NCBI GenBank assembly: GCA_004431415.1
Contig: QPMI01000058.1
Coordinates: forward strand, 310,001-374,000
Length of the DNA stretch: 64,000 bases
Direction: 5' to 3'
Source: Cyanophora paradoxa CCMP329
Lineage: Eukaryota > Plantae > Glaucophyta
Both the position numbers and the translations under genes were made by a program. Below, piece by piece: positions 12,803-26,051 of the stretch. A model generated the notes under the pieces. That model searched no databases. It was not told the origin of the DNA and saw only the letters and a program-made list of their open reading frames with translations. Each line of letters starts with the position of its first letter. Position 1 is the first letter of the stretch.

Positions 12803-14904
12803 GGACCGTCTCATAAACCTAGCTCTCCCAGCTAAGAATTAGCTCGCGTCACATCCGAGTTAGCATCCTATTGTTAAGTTAGCCGGACGCGGCAACGCGG
12901 CGCTAAATCTCATTGGACGGGCTTAAAACTTAAGAGGGAGCTCGGGTTCTAGTCTGGCCAAGGCGTTTTGGCGCCAGAGCCTCTGGTACGTTGAGAACAT
13001 CGATTCCGAGAGATCTCGCGAGCTAGATGTCATATACTAGTGTCTATGGAGGCGCTAGAGCATGCGCGGAGCCTGCGCGCGCGCTGTGCGGCGAGCGCCG
13101 TTTCCATGGCGCGCGACGCGGCTGCGGCGACTTCGCCCCCCGTCGTTTCTCCCCCCGTGATTCGCCCCCCGTCTTCGTTCGCCCCGCTTGCGCAGTCGTC
13201 GCTGTACCCCCCCAGTCCGCAGCGAGCATACAGCGCCGAACATGGATGATCGACAATGTATGTTCGCTGCAGCACGCGATTTTCAGGGCGGCTCGCTTCG
13301 CAGGCTACCGGCGCACTATCCTGCAAGCTTTCTAGCGCTAAACAAGCGGTCAGGCAGGCGCCTGAAGGCACCAAAGCGAATTTGATCTACGCTAGTGGAG
13401 GCACAGCATGCAGAAATCGAAAGCGACGGCGCCGCCGGGCGCGCGGCGCTAGCGCTGCGCATGCAGCCGCATCGCGCGCGCCTACCACTGCCCTACAACT
13501 GCCTTGAAAGGCATCTGACAGCAATCGAAAAACGAGCGCAAAGACTCAATCTCCGGGCTAACAGGCTAAACACTGCACAGCTACTGGAAACTGTGAAATC
13601 TGCGTATTGATATCGGACGAGTGCAGGCGCCTGCATGCGCAACGGCCATTGCTGCACATGTAGGAGCAGTGCTGCTTCCTGTGGAACCTACTCAAAATCC
13701 AGTCGCTAGCTGACGCCAGCTAAGAAAGCGGCTACTGCTATAATGCCACCGTCTCCATCTCCGTCGCCGTCATCGGCGCCGGCACTGGTGCCGTCGTTGC
13801 CGCCATTGCCCCCACCGTCGCCCCCACCGGACCGGCGCCGTCGCCGTTGCCGTCCCATCGCCGTCGCCGTCGCCGTTCCGGTGCCGCCACCATCGCTGCC
13901 GCCGTCCCGGCGCCATCGCCGTCCGACGGTCCCCTTGCAGGCGCCGTCGCTGGCGCCGTCGCCCCCCGCCGTCGCCCTCCCCCGCCGTCGCCTCCGCCGT
14001 CACCGTCGCCGACCTCCTCCTCGTCCTCGTCCTCCCCTCATCCGCCCGCATTACACGCCTCGTCCTACGTACGCATCAGCTTGGCAAGAAACGAGTAGGA
14101 GACGGCGGGGGTTACCGCGAATTGCTTCTGCTCTTGCGGGCCCTGCAAGGGTACGGCTTCACTCATCAGAGGGCGCGGAGGAGCAGGGGCACGTGGAAGG
14201 GGTACCGGAATTGGCTACTTGGATAGCACCCGCCCCCCTCTTTTGCGCGTCGAGCAGCACATGTGCATGGAAACGAGGCGGCCGAGAGGCGCGCGACGTC
14301 GATCTGGGGCGCGGTGAGGGGGTACAGGATTGATGGGGGGTACGCGTGACCTTGGTGGTGATGGGCACGCGGAGCCTTCACCCAGGGCCTGCGCCGCGGA
14401 TTCAAACCCGCGCTGCTCGGGAATCGGGAGGGGCGGAGCGGACGCGTACGGAGGGGCGGAGTACGAGGACGATGCAGCGTCAGGCTTCCAAGCCCTGTGA
14501 GCGTTCAGCAGGTGGCAGAGGCAGGGCGGGGTGCGGGTACGGACGGCGGGGCGCTCGAAGAGGGAGACGCGAGGAGAGGAGGCCGGGGCGGCGCGGGGCG
14601 GCGGCGCGGGGCGCGGGGCTGCTCGCGCTACGAGAGGAGAGAAGGGGCCGGCGGCGGCGCGGGGGCGGCGGCGCGCGGCCGGGTGCGGGCGCTCGAGCGG
14701 CCTCGCGGTGGCACCGGCGGCGGACACGGGGGCGCTGCTGGCGGCCCTCGAGCGGGCTGCGCGCCACCTCGCCGCCCTCGACGGCTTCGGCCTAGTGCGG
14801 CCTCTCGCCGCCTACGCCCGCGGCCTCCTCCAGTTCGCTGCACGCCTCGAAGCACTCCTCCGCCCGCCCCAGCAGCCGCCCCGCCTCCGTTTCCGCCTCC
14901 CGCG
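12803..14904 (+). mobile_element. Left end of the GGACC-TIR element plus alternative internal segment X (no right TIR seen)
   Basis: Starts GGACCGTCTCATAAACCTA like 15460 and 22705, diverges after 13094, and matches 63145..64000. Confidence 0.45.
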
Positions 14905-15459
14905 GCCGGCACGCGGGCGGCGGCGGCGGCGGGGCGCCTCCCTTGGGCGAGGGCGTCGAGGCGCCGCCGGAGGGGAGCAGGGGGTCGCCCAAGCTCGCCG
15001 CCGACCCCGGCGCCAGCCGCTCCCGCACCACGTACAGCGCCGCAACCGGGCGGGGCGGGCAGCGGCGCGGGCGGGGGCCGCTCGCCCTCGAAGAGGGAGA
15101 CTCGAAGAGGTAGACGAGAGGAGAGGAGGCCGGGCAAGAGGAGGCCGGGCAAGAGGAGGCCGGGCAAGAGGAAGGAGACGGAGGTGGAGACGGAGGTGGT
15201 GGGGAGGTGGAGACGGAGGTGGTGGGGGGCGCCGGGGTGGTGCAGGCCGGGGAAGAGGATACGGAGGGGCGCGAGGGGCACGGGGTACTCGTCTGGAAGA
15301 AAGGGAAGGGGGCAGTACGGGCCTTGACGGGGGAGCCCGCGAGCTCGACGGCGTGTGCAGCATGTGCAGTATAAACGGCCTGCGCGACCCTCATGAGACA
15401 TGGGAACGATGATTTAGCGATGTCTTCTAATCGCCCTCTCCCGGCTGCTGAACCTTATA

Positions 15460-18400
15460 GGACCGTCTCATAAACCTAGCTCTCCCAGCTAAGAATTAGC
15501 TCGCGTCACATCCGAGTTAGCATCCTATTGTTAAGTTAGCCGGACGCGGCAACGCGGCGCTAAATCTCATTGGACGGGCTTAAAACTTAAGAGGGAGCTC
15601 GGGTTCTAGTCTGGCCAAGGCGTTTTGGCGCCAGAGCCTCTGGTACGTTGAGAACATCGATTCCGAGAGATCTTGCGAGCTAGATGTCATATACTAGTGT
15701 CTATGGAGGCGCTAGAGCATGCGCGGAGCCTGCGCGCGCGCTGTGCGGCGAAGGCCTACGTACATTCACAATTGAGAATCGGTGTTGCCTTTCCGCCGAG
15801 CTCGAGGACACGTGCAGGGCTTGCGGGTGGGACATGAGCGCCCAGGCGGGGGGAGGGGGTACGGAAGAGCAGGGGGTACCCTCGGCCCTCTCTTTTCTTC
15901 TGCGCGCCGCGGCGCTGCTGCCGGCCGGCGAGCTCGAGGCCGGGTACGCATCTGCAGCGAGAGCGGAGGCGCGATCAGGTCGAGGCCGCGGGCGCGGCGC
16001 GGCAGAACGAGGCGGCGCGCGGCGGCGGACCCCGCAGAGGCTAGCGGAGACCAAGTCTCGCACGGCGTGGAAGAGGGATGGGCCGGGTACGCATCTGCAG
16101 CGAGAGCGGAGGCGCGATCAGGTCGAGGCCGCGGGGGCGCCCCCAAGGGCCGGCCCCGCCGCCTGCCCGGCAGCCGCGCACCTGCTGCGGGCCCCCTAGG
16201 GCCGGCCCCGCCGCCTGCCCGGATCGCCGCCGGCTGGCGCCGCCAGCGCCGCCGCGACGCGGCGCACCTGCGCCGCCGGCAGCGCGTGAGCCCTGCCCCG
16301 CCCCAAGCCCGCCGCCGGCCCCGCGGCGCGGCAGGACGAGGCGGTGCGCGGCGGCGCACGGCGCGCACGTGAGCGCCCAGGCGGAGGTACGGAAGAGCAG
16401 CGGGGGGGGGGGAGGGGGGGGGGCTCGATGGGCGCCGGAGACTCCCTTCTCTTCAGGTCGCTGGCGCCGCCCTCATCTGCAGATCTAGAGAGGTTAGAGC
16501 CGATCAAAGAGATCGTCTGCGCAGAGAACGCCGTCATTTACACACGTGCCTTATCCATCTTGGAGGCAGGGCGTTCTTCAGATTCTTGAGTCTTGAGCGT
16601 GGATCTCTCCTCGCCTTCCGATTGCGCAGCTCAGTCTGACGCAAACTAGCAATCAGTATGCAGAATGAACGCAAGGGCAGATTCGACAGGGACGCACGCG
16701 GCTCTGGAAAGCGGCGTCTGCTTCTTGCGATCGTCCACCAGGAACCTGCTGCACACCAGCGAGGCACGTAAGGTCGGCAAAGATCACCTATAAAGTGCGC
16801 TGCCCGCACCCACGAGGCGCCGTGGCTGCGCCACGGTGTTGCAAGGATTCGGTTCCCGACGGCGCAGTTCCCGACGACAGCGGCAAACAGCCGCTTGCTT
16901 CTCGTCAAATTCGAAGCCTTTTGCTGTCATAACTGCCGCTTCTGCTTCGCCTTCGCCTTCTGCTTCGCCGATGCCCGGACATTCGGGCCTTCTGCCGCTC
17001 CGGGGATCCCGTCGGCGCCGCCGCGGCCATCACTGAATGTCTCAAAAGAGCAGTGGCCGCCATCGCGGCCCGGGCGCCGAGGCCTGACTCTACTATGCAC
17101 GCCGTTCTGCCGTCGCGGCCTCAAACAAGCTACAGGGGCTCGTATTGCTGCTGCTACTGCTGCTGCAGGCGCACGCGCCTGCGCAGCCGCGGCGGCTTTG
17201 CTTCGCTCGGGCATCGCCGGACGTCGTACCCGTCCCTCAAGACTTGACCGCGGCGAAGGTCGACGTCGGGCACGCTGGCTAGGCAGCTCCGGGGCGTATT
17301 TAGAAGACCCAGAGCATTCGTTGACCGGGAGCTGTTGTGCGCACGCCTGCCCGCTTCATGGAGCCTCGGAGGCCCAGTGCTGCACATGCGCATCCGATGA
17401 TCGTCGCCCAGGGCGACGCCACGTGTCGCCGCGGCGGCCCCGCCCCTTACACGTCTATTTAATGTATGCGCGCCCCGTCCGAACCTCAGTAGCGCAGAAA
17501 GAGCCCCCGCCGAGTCGCGCGACACTTCAGCAGTGCAGATTGACACAGAAAAAGGCAGACGCCACCAGATACAGACTACGGGGCGAGAAACCGCGCAGGC
17601 GCCTGGTCTCCGTTACACTCTTGAGTGCCTCGATGCGGTCCTGCGCGCGACTGGGCGTCATGCCGAGCCAAACCGTGCTCTGGGGCAAGGGCCCTGGTGC
17701 ACCTTCACTTTCCACGCCTGCCTGTCGCCGGGGAGGCTTGCGCGGACGCATCTGCGCATAAGGAGATACGAATTAGGTATGATAAGAACCGCAGCGACAA
17801 CGAACGCGGCCGGGAGAGGTCGCTGCGGCGTGCGGGGCTCGGAGGGCGCATCCTGTCTCTGCGCGCCGCGCGAGCCCGGACGGCGGCGGCCGCGAGAATG
17901 CGCGGGCCAAGCGGCAGCCTGAACATCATAGAGTCATTTGCCACACGCTCCCGCACCCGCTCTTCGTCCAGCCCTGCGTGAAGACGTCAGTGCGGACCTG
18001 GAACGGCCGCGGCGGTCGCCCGGCACTGCGCGGCGAGCGGGAAGCACCCGACCGTCGCACGAAGCAAAACGGTCATCTGAGTTGCGCGACAGGCGTCAAG
18101 GGCTGCGGGGCTGCAGGAATCCACGCGAAAGCACAAGTCGGACCGAGAGCGCATCCAAAGTTCCTCCGGCGGGCGCAGCTGGGAAGGTACGATATGCAGA
18201 GCATCATAGCTAACACCTGTGAGTCCTTTGAAGCCAGCTAGACTGCTGCGGCGAGCTGATCGGCCAATTCGTGCGGGGCGAGCTCAGCACCGCAGGCCGG
18301 GCGGCGCTCGAGCGCTCTGAGCACTGCTCTTGCGCTGCAGCATGCGTGGAAGAGCGCGGAGCAGCTGCCGCTGCCAGCTTCGGCCGCTGCTGTTTCTGTT

Positions 18401-18696
18401 TTGGTGCGTACCCGGGCAGCCCGCGCTGTACCCGTAGACTGAGCCAATGGGAGCGCGGCGACTTAACGAACCGACCGCCGAGTTACGGGCACCCCCCCAC
18501 CCGTCGGTTAACGTGCCATTGAGAACAATGGGTGATAAATTCTGAATTCAAGGTTTTTAGCGGCTCAAATGAAGCCCGTCAGGAAAGTGAGCAGGCGGTG
18601 TTTTCGGGTTAATTTCTCGACCCTCGAGCCTAAGAATGCATTCTTAAGATAACTAGACGAAACTAACTGCCAAAACATAGGTAAATGAGACGGTCC
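15460..18696. mobile_element. ~3.2 kb element with 19-bp imperfect TIRs, no recognisable transposase
   Basis: GGACCGTCTCATAAACCTA (15460) and TAGGTAAATGAGACGGTCC (ends 18696) are inverted with 17/19 matches; TTATA on both flanks. Confidence 0.6.
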
Positions 18697-18804
18697 ATTA
18701 TAGCCTACCGCCGGGCTACCGGTATAGGACCGCACTGGCGGGAAGCGGTCGGGGAGCCGCGCGCGCGCACCGAGCCCGAAGGCGCGGCCCTAGGCACATC
18801 AGCA

Positions 18805-21800
18805 ATGAGGTGGTGGGAGCATCCAGATGTCAGAGACCTTCCCAACAAGTTCGAATGCAGGTGTCCACCCGCAGAGAATCTGTCCGGGCTCTGCGGCAAT
18901 AACTTCCTGTGCAAGACTCTGTTTCCTAACATTCGCATCGACATGCCCAGCAACGCAGCAGCGGCATCGTCATCGCAATCGAGCAACCAACAGCAGTCAG
19001 CACCATCGAGCGGCCAGCAGGCGCCGTCCACCTCGAGCGGACAGGCGGCGAGTTCGAGCAGTAAGCCGCGTAATCGAAATTAAAGCGGCCAAATACTAGT
19101 GAACCGCCGCGGCCGCGCGGGCGCCCTCGGAAGCAGCCACCAGCACCTGCAGCTGTGGGCGCAGATGGCGCAGCAGCTTCAGAATCACAGCCAGCAGAGG
19201 CAGCGGCTTCGAGCTCGAGCTCGAGGCAGCAACAACAAAAGAAGGGCTCGGCCGCAGCAGCCGGCAAGCGCATCGACACCACCGAATTTCGCCACCGAGT
19301 CCAGCGGATGTTCGCCGAATCCCGAGGCGCTGAACCGGTCCCAGCAGCATCAGTGCAGCGCGTAACTTTCGAAGAATATCGAGCCGCTATACAGCGTGTG
19401 AAGCCCGGAGCGGTGCTGCTATCTCGCGCCGACATCGAACACGTTAAGTACATCCTCGAAAACCCGGACGCGCCCGAGCCCAGCGGCAGCCCAGAGCATG
19501 TGAAGCGGGTGAAGAATTGGCGCGAGTTCATGAGGGGAAGTACACGCTGCGCGAGGTTCCAGATCCGACAGACAACCTGACAGCGGAGGAGCTCGCCATG
19601 CCCAACCCGCGGCCAAGGCGCAAGCTTCGGCTGGTGGTGGAGAAGCAGGTTGACAACCGCTTGAAGCGAGGAAATTCGGGCGACGCCCCCCACTGGGCAG
19701 GGAGCTGGTGTGTGACGAGGACATTTTCATCTGCATCCAGGTGCGATCGCGGTACAACGCAATTCTCTGCGCACGCGCAACGCATCTTCAACGCAAGCGT
19801 TGGGTTGCTAGCGTTGGACATTCTCAACACATGCGTTGACCATGCGTTGAACAGAATACATTTTAATTTTTATGTCCACTGCATTGCACTGTTTGTGACG
19901 CGGTCATGATCGTGCGCAGCGCGAACACCTTGAGAGCGGGCACAAAGGTGGCACCGGTGTATACAACAATGCGAAGCAAAGGTACGCGATTCCTCGCTAC
20001 CTGGTCCGCATCTACGTCAAGATTTGGTGAGTTTTCTGTCCACCGACAAACCAATCGTGACTAAGACTCACCTGCGGTCGTGGGGATGGGGCTGCAGTCC
20101 AGTCTGCAAGCTCAAGAACAAGAGGAGGCAGCCCGACGGGATCCTCCATCCAATCAAGGTGATTGGTTTCTGGGATCGGGCAATTGTCAACTTCTTTGAG
20201 ATGCCCAAGGCATGGGGCCCCTGCCCCCGCATGGTGAGATGTTGTTATTGATGCGCCTGGCCGCGTGTTAAAATTTACCTGGGAGTTGCAGGAGTGGCTG
20301 CCGGGGTGGAAGTGGAATGAGAGCTCAGGCGAGCTCGAGAGGGTCTGGTACTGGGAGCAAGCAGTGCACGTGTGCCGGTACGAGAAGAAAATCCCGGATC
20401 CCGAATTTCCGGGCTGCTACAAGACGGACTTTGTCACGGACGTCATTCCGCGATTCTGGGCATTTGTCCTGGCCATAAAGGTCAGTTTTCGGCACGGTCA
20501 TGCGCAGATTTCTGCATCCGGTAACGAACAACGGCGAACGCAGGACCACTACACTCGTTTCCTCATCTTGGAGGCTTGCGAATCAAAGTGCGCAGGCGAA
20601 GTTGCTGATCGTCTTCGCGAGAAATTTGCCTACTTCGGCGCATGCACAATCCTGTCCTGCGACAACGGATCGGAGTTCAAGAATGATGTGAAATTCCCCG
20701 ATATCTCTTGTAAACTTCAATATTAATTATGTTAACGGAGTATGGCAGATCATGAAGGTCCTTATGGCGGCCTACCCGAACTCGTCCATCGCCTACGGGA
20801 AACCGTACACTCCAGAGCACCAGGGCTCTGTGGAGCGTGCGAACAGGGACTCGAAGCCGACGCTCGCGGCTATTTGCTACGAACGCCGGAACCAGAATGC
20901 GGAGGACTGGGCGAACTGGGCCCTAGCCATTCCCGATGTATTTAAAATCCTTTCCATACCCCATTTGAAAATTCCAAGTGCACTGATCGATGCTGGATTC
21001 TCAGGCAATGGAGTCCCACAACAGCATGAAGTTCGCGAACGGGCACAAGATGACACCCATCGAGGCCATGACCGGGCGCAGACCTTCACGAAGGCCTTTG
21101 GGAATTGAGCCACCGTCGGATCCGACAAGGCCGTACACCGAGAAGGACATTGAGGACCTCCTCGGAGTGCGCAACGGAATGTCTGCGCATCCCAACGCAT
21201 GCGTTGGTAATTGTGTTGTCAGGTTGCAAACATGGAGGAAGTGAACAGAGTGTGCGATGACATGGCGAAGTACGAAGAAGATATCGCCAACGCTCTTCTG
21301 CAGAGGGCGGAGAGCCCGCTCTTGAAGGATATCCCGGTGTTCTACGTAGTAAGTGCCGTCAATTCATTGCAAATTTTGTCGCACTCTCATCCAACGCATT
21401 CTCAACGCATGCGTTGGACAGATCGATCAGTTTGTGCGTGCATTCGGGAATGTCCAGGCATGCGCACGGCTTGCCGTGTACAGAGACCAGATGAAGGCGT
21501 GCGCGGAGAAGCAGGGAGCAGGTCCTGTTATCTACAGTATCGGGGATCGTGTGGCCGTCCTTGTCAAACAGCTCGGCATGCACGTCCTCCTACAAGCAAG
21601 GGTACCTGGGATCGTCACAGAAGTGGTGGACGTCCCGCATGGCCTCTACACGATCAGGACGATGGCGGGTTTCATTGACACTCCCATTCAGGGAGCACAA
21701 TTGATCAACATGAACCTCGTGGGCGGTACGTGCAGGGGTAGTCCCATTTGCACGAATGTTGCACACTCATCAAAAAACTGGTGCAGGTATGCAGACAATC

Positions 21801-22039
21801 TGGAAGACAATTGAGGAGAACCGTGCGAACAACATAATGAACGGCACCGTTCCTCTCATGACAGCATTCAAGAGCTTCTGTGGCCAGGCCCCCGGTCTCG
21901 ACGTGGACCCGTGCAAGTGCAGGGATGGCTGCCCTCAGCGTGTCGTGCGTTTTGCGGGCGCCGCCCCCGCACTTCTGCATCCGCGAGAGAGCGTGAGCTC
22001 GAAATATAAACTTAAATTCTAGCTCGATGTCATAACTGA
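18805..22039 (+). CDS. Intron-containing Ginger/KRBA2-like rve integrase gene, copy 2 (AT-hook, Zn-binding domain, rve core, Cys-rich tail)
   Basis: Spliced motifs RPRGRPRK, GHKG...CSPVC, LHPIK..FWDRAIVNFFEMP, DHYTRF, CDNGSEF, QGSVERAN, CKCRDGC. The 3' end is approximate. Confidence 0.75.
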
Positions 22040-22704
22040 AATTAAGGGACGGCACCTTCAGAAACAGCCAGGCTCGTGGGCATGTCTCCGGAGTGTACTC
22101 CCCCCCCGATCCCTCGATCGGCTCGTCCCACAGTAGCCGCACGACGTCCCGTGCCGGCACGCGGGCGGCGGCGGCGGCGGGGCGCCTCCCTTGGGCGAGG
22201 GCGTCGAGGCGCCGCCGGAGGGGAGCAGGGGGTCGCCCAAGCTTGCCGCCGACCCCGGCGCCAGCCGCTCCCGCACCACGTACAGCGCCGCAACCGGGCG
22301 GGGCGGGCAGCGGCGCGGGCGGGGGCCGCTCGCCCTCGAAGAGGGAGACTCGAAGAGGTAGACGAGAGGAGAGGAGGCCGGGCAAGAGGAGGCCGGGCAA
22401 GAGGAGGCCGGGCAAGAGGAAGGAGACGGAGGTGGAGACGGAGGTGGTGGGGAGGTGGAGACGGAGGTGGTGGGGGCGCCGGGGTGGTGCAGGCCGGGGA
22501 AGAGGATACGGAGGGCGCGAGGGGCACGGGGTACTCGTCTGGAAGAAAGGGAAGGGGCAGTACGGGCCTTGACGGGGGAGCCCGCGAGCTCGACGGCGTG
22601 TGCAGCATGTGCAGTATAAACGGCCTGCGCGACCCTCATGAGACATGGGAACGATGATTTAGCGATGTCTTCTAATCGCCCTCTCCCGGCTGCTGAACCT
22701 TATA

Positions 22705-25700
22705 GGACCGTCTCATAAACCTAGCTCTCCCAGCTAAGAATTAGCTCGCGTCACATCCGAGTTAGCATCCTATTGTTAAGTTAGCCGGACGCGGCAACGC
22801 GGCGCTAAATCTCATTGGACGGGCTTAAAACTTAAGAGGGAGCTCGGGTTCTAGTCTGGCCAAGGCGTTTTGGCGCCAGAGCCTCTGGTACGTTGAGAAC
22901 ATCGATTCCGAGAGATCTTGCGAGCTAGATGTCATATACTAGTGTCTATGGAGGCGCTAGAGCATGCGCGGAGCCTGCGCGCGCGCTGTGCGGCGAAGGC
23001 CTACGTACATTCACAATTGAGAATCGGTGTTGCCTTTCCGCCGAGCTCGAGGACACGTGCAGGGCTTGCGGGTGGGACATGAGCGCCCAGGCGGGGGGAG
23101 GGGGGTACGGAAGAGCAGGGGGGTACCCTCGGCCCTCTCTTTTCTTCTGCGCGCCGCGGCGCTGCTGCCGGCCGGCGAGCTCGAGGCCGGGTACGCATCT
23201 GCAGCGAGAGCGGAGGCGCGATCAGGTCGAGGCCGCGGGCGCGGCGCGGCAGAACGAGGCGGCGCGCGGCGGCGGACCCCGCAGAGGCTAGCGGAGACCA
23301 AGTCTCGCACGGCGTGGAAGAGGGATGGGCCGGGTACGCATCTGCAGCGAGAGCGGAGGCGCGATCAGGTCGAGGCCGCGGGGGCGCCCCCAAGGGCCGG
23401 CCCCGCCGCCTGCCCGGCAGCCGCGCACCTGCTGCGGGCCCCTAGGGCCGGCCCCGCCGCCTGCCCGGATCGCCGCCGGCTGGCGCCGCCAGCGCCGCCG
23501 CGACGCGGCGCACCTGCGCCGCCGGCAGCGCGTGAGCCCTGCCCCGCCCCAAGCCCGCCCGCCGGCCCCGCGGCGCGGCAGGACGAGGCGGTGCGCGGCG
23601 GCGCACGGCGCGCACGTGAGCGCCCAGGCGGAGGTACGGAAGAGCAGCGGGGGGGGGGGAGGGGGGGGGGGCTCGATGGGCGCCGGAGACTCCCTTCTCT
23701 TCAGGTCGCTGGCGCCGCCCTCATCTGCAGATCTAGAGAGGTTAGAGCCGATCAAAGAGATCGTCTGCGCAGAGAACGCCGTCATTTACACACGTGCCTT
23801 ATCCATCTTGGAGGCAGGGCGTTCTTCAGATTCTTGAGTCTTGAGCGTGGATCTCTCCTCGCCTTCCGATTGCGCAGCTCAGTCTGACGCAAACTAGCAA
23901 TCAGTATGCAGAATGAACGCAAGGGCAGATTCGACAGGGACGCACGCGGCTCTGGAAAGCGGCGTCTGCTTCTTGCGATCGTCCACCAGGAACCTGCTGC
24001 ACACCAGCGAGGCACGTAAGGTCGGCAAAGATCACCTATAAAGTGCGCTGCCCGCACCCACGAGGCGCCGTGGCTGCGCCACGGTGTTGCAAGGATTCGG
24101 TTCCCGACGGCGCAGTTCCCGACGACAGCGGCAAACAGCCGCTTGCTTCTCGTCAAATTCGAAGCCTTTTGCTGTCATAACTGCCGCTTCTGCTTCGCCT
24201 TCGCCTTCTGCTTCGCCGATGCCCGGACATTCGGGCCTTCTGCCGCTCCGGGGATCCCGTCGGCGCCGCCGCGGCCATCACTGAATGTCTCAAAAGAGCA
24301 GTGGCCGCCATCGCGGCCCGGGCGCCGAGGCCTGACTCTACTATGCACGCCGTTCTGCCGTCGCGGCCTCAAACAAGCTACAGGGGCTCGTATTGCTGCT
24401 GCTACTGCTGCTGCAGGCGCACGCGCCTGCGCAGCCGCGGCGGCTTTGCTTCGCTCGGGGCATCGCCGGACGTCGTACCCGTCCCTCAAGACTTGACCGC
24501 GGCGAAGGTCGACGTCGGGCACGCTGGCTAGGCAGCTCCGGGGGCGTATTTAGAAGACCCAGAGCATTCGTTGACCGGGAGCTGTTGTGCGCACGCCTGC
24601 CCGCTTCATGGAGCCTCGGAGGCCCAGTGCTGCACATGCGCATCCGATGATCGTCGCCCAGGGCGACGCCACGTGTCGCCGCGGCGGCCCCGCCCCTTAC
24701 ACGTCTATTTAATGTATGCGCGCCCCGTCCGAACCTCAGTAGCGCAGAAAGAGCCCCCGCCGAGTCGCGCGACACTTCAGCAGTGCAGATTGACACAGAA
24801 AAAGGCAGACGCCACCAGATACAGACTACGGGGCGAGAAACCGCGCAGGCGCCTGGTCTCCGTTACACTCTTGAGTGCCTCGATGCGGTCCTGCGCGCGA
24901 CTGGGCGTCATGCCGAGCCAAACCGTGCTCTGGGGCAAGGGCCCTGGTGCACCTTCACTTTCCACGCCTGCCTGTCGCCGGGGAGGCTTGCGCGGACGCA
25001 TCTGCGCATAAGGAGATACGAATTAGGTATGATAAGAACCGCAGCGACAACGAACGCGGCCGGAGAGGTCGCTGCGGCGTGCGGGGCTCGGAGGGCGCAT
25101 CCTGTCTCTGCGCGCCGCGCGAGCCCGGACGGCGGCGGCCGCGAGAATGCGCGGGCCAAGCGGCAGCCTGAACATCATAGAGTCATTTGCCACACGCTCC
25201 CGCACCCGCTCTTCGTCCAGCCCTGCGTGAAGACGTCAGTGCGGACCTGGAACGGCCGCGGCGGTCGCCCGGCACTGCGCGGCGAGCGGGAAGCACCCGA
25301 CCGTCGCACGAAGCAAAACGGTCATCTGAGTTGCGCGACAGGCGTCAAGGGCTGCGGGGCTGCAGGAATCCACGCGAAAGCACAAGTCGGACCGAGAGCG
25401 CATCCAAAGTTCCTCCGGCGGGCGCAGCTGGGAAGGTACGATATGCAGAGCATCATAGCTAACACCTGTGAGTCCTTTGAAGCCAGCTAGACTGCTGCGG
25501 CGAGCTGATCGGCCAATTCGTGCGGGGCGAGCTCAGCACCGCAGGCCGGGCGGCGCTCGAGCGCTCTGAGCACTGCTCTTGCGCTGCAGCATGCGTGGAA
25601 GAGCGCGGAGCAGCTGCCGCTGCCAGCTTCGGCCGCTGCTGTTTCTGTTTTGGTGCGTACCCGGGCAGCCCGCGCTGTACCCGTAGACTGAGCCAATGGG

Positions 25701-25943
25701 AGCGCGGCGACTTAACGAACCGACCGCCGAGTTACGGGCACCCCCCACCCGTCGGTTAACGTGCCATTGAGAACAATGGGTGATAAATTCTGAATTCAAG
25801 GTTTTAGCGGCTCAAATGAAGCCCGTCAGGAAAGTGAGCAGGCGGTGTTTTCGGGTTAATTTCTCGACCCTCGAGCCTAAGAATGCATTCTTAAGATAAC
25901 TAGACGAAACTAACTGCCAAAACATAGGTAAATGAGACGGTCC
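22705..25943. mobile_element. Second copy of the ~3.2 kb GGACC-TIR element
   Basis: Near-identical to 15460..18696, with the same TIRs and flanks. Confidence 0.6.
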
Positions 25944-26051
25944 ATTATAGCCTACCGCCGGGCTACCGGTATAGGACCGCACTGGCGGGAAGCGGTCGGG
26001 GAGCCGCGCGCGCGCACCGAGCCCGAAGGCGCGGCCCTAGGCACATCAGCA

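Noticed and set aside
13737-13756. GCTATAATGCCACCGTCTCC resembling the TIR plus flank of the GGACC element
   Set aside because: Short, mismatched, and in the wrong orientation to close segment X; probably chance.
12234-15751. ~850-bp direct repeats read as LTRs or DIRS/Ngaro split repeats
   Set aside because: No RT, RNase H, gag or tyrosine recombinase found, no TG..CA ends or PBS, and the integrase gene has introns.
11978-18522. Dozens of overlapping R/G/P/A-rich ORFs in the GC-rich array (also 21705..25800 and 61586..64000)
   Set aside because: Expected from stop-codon scarcity at high GC; frames are not preserved between copies and no domains are recognisable.
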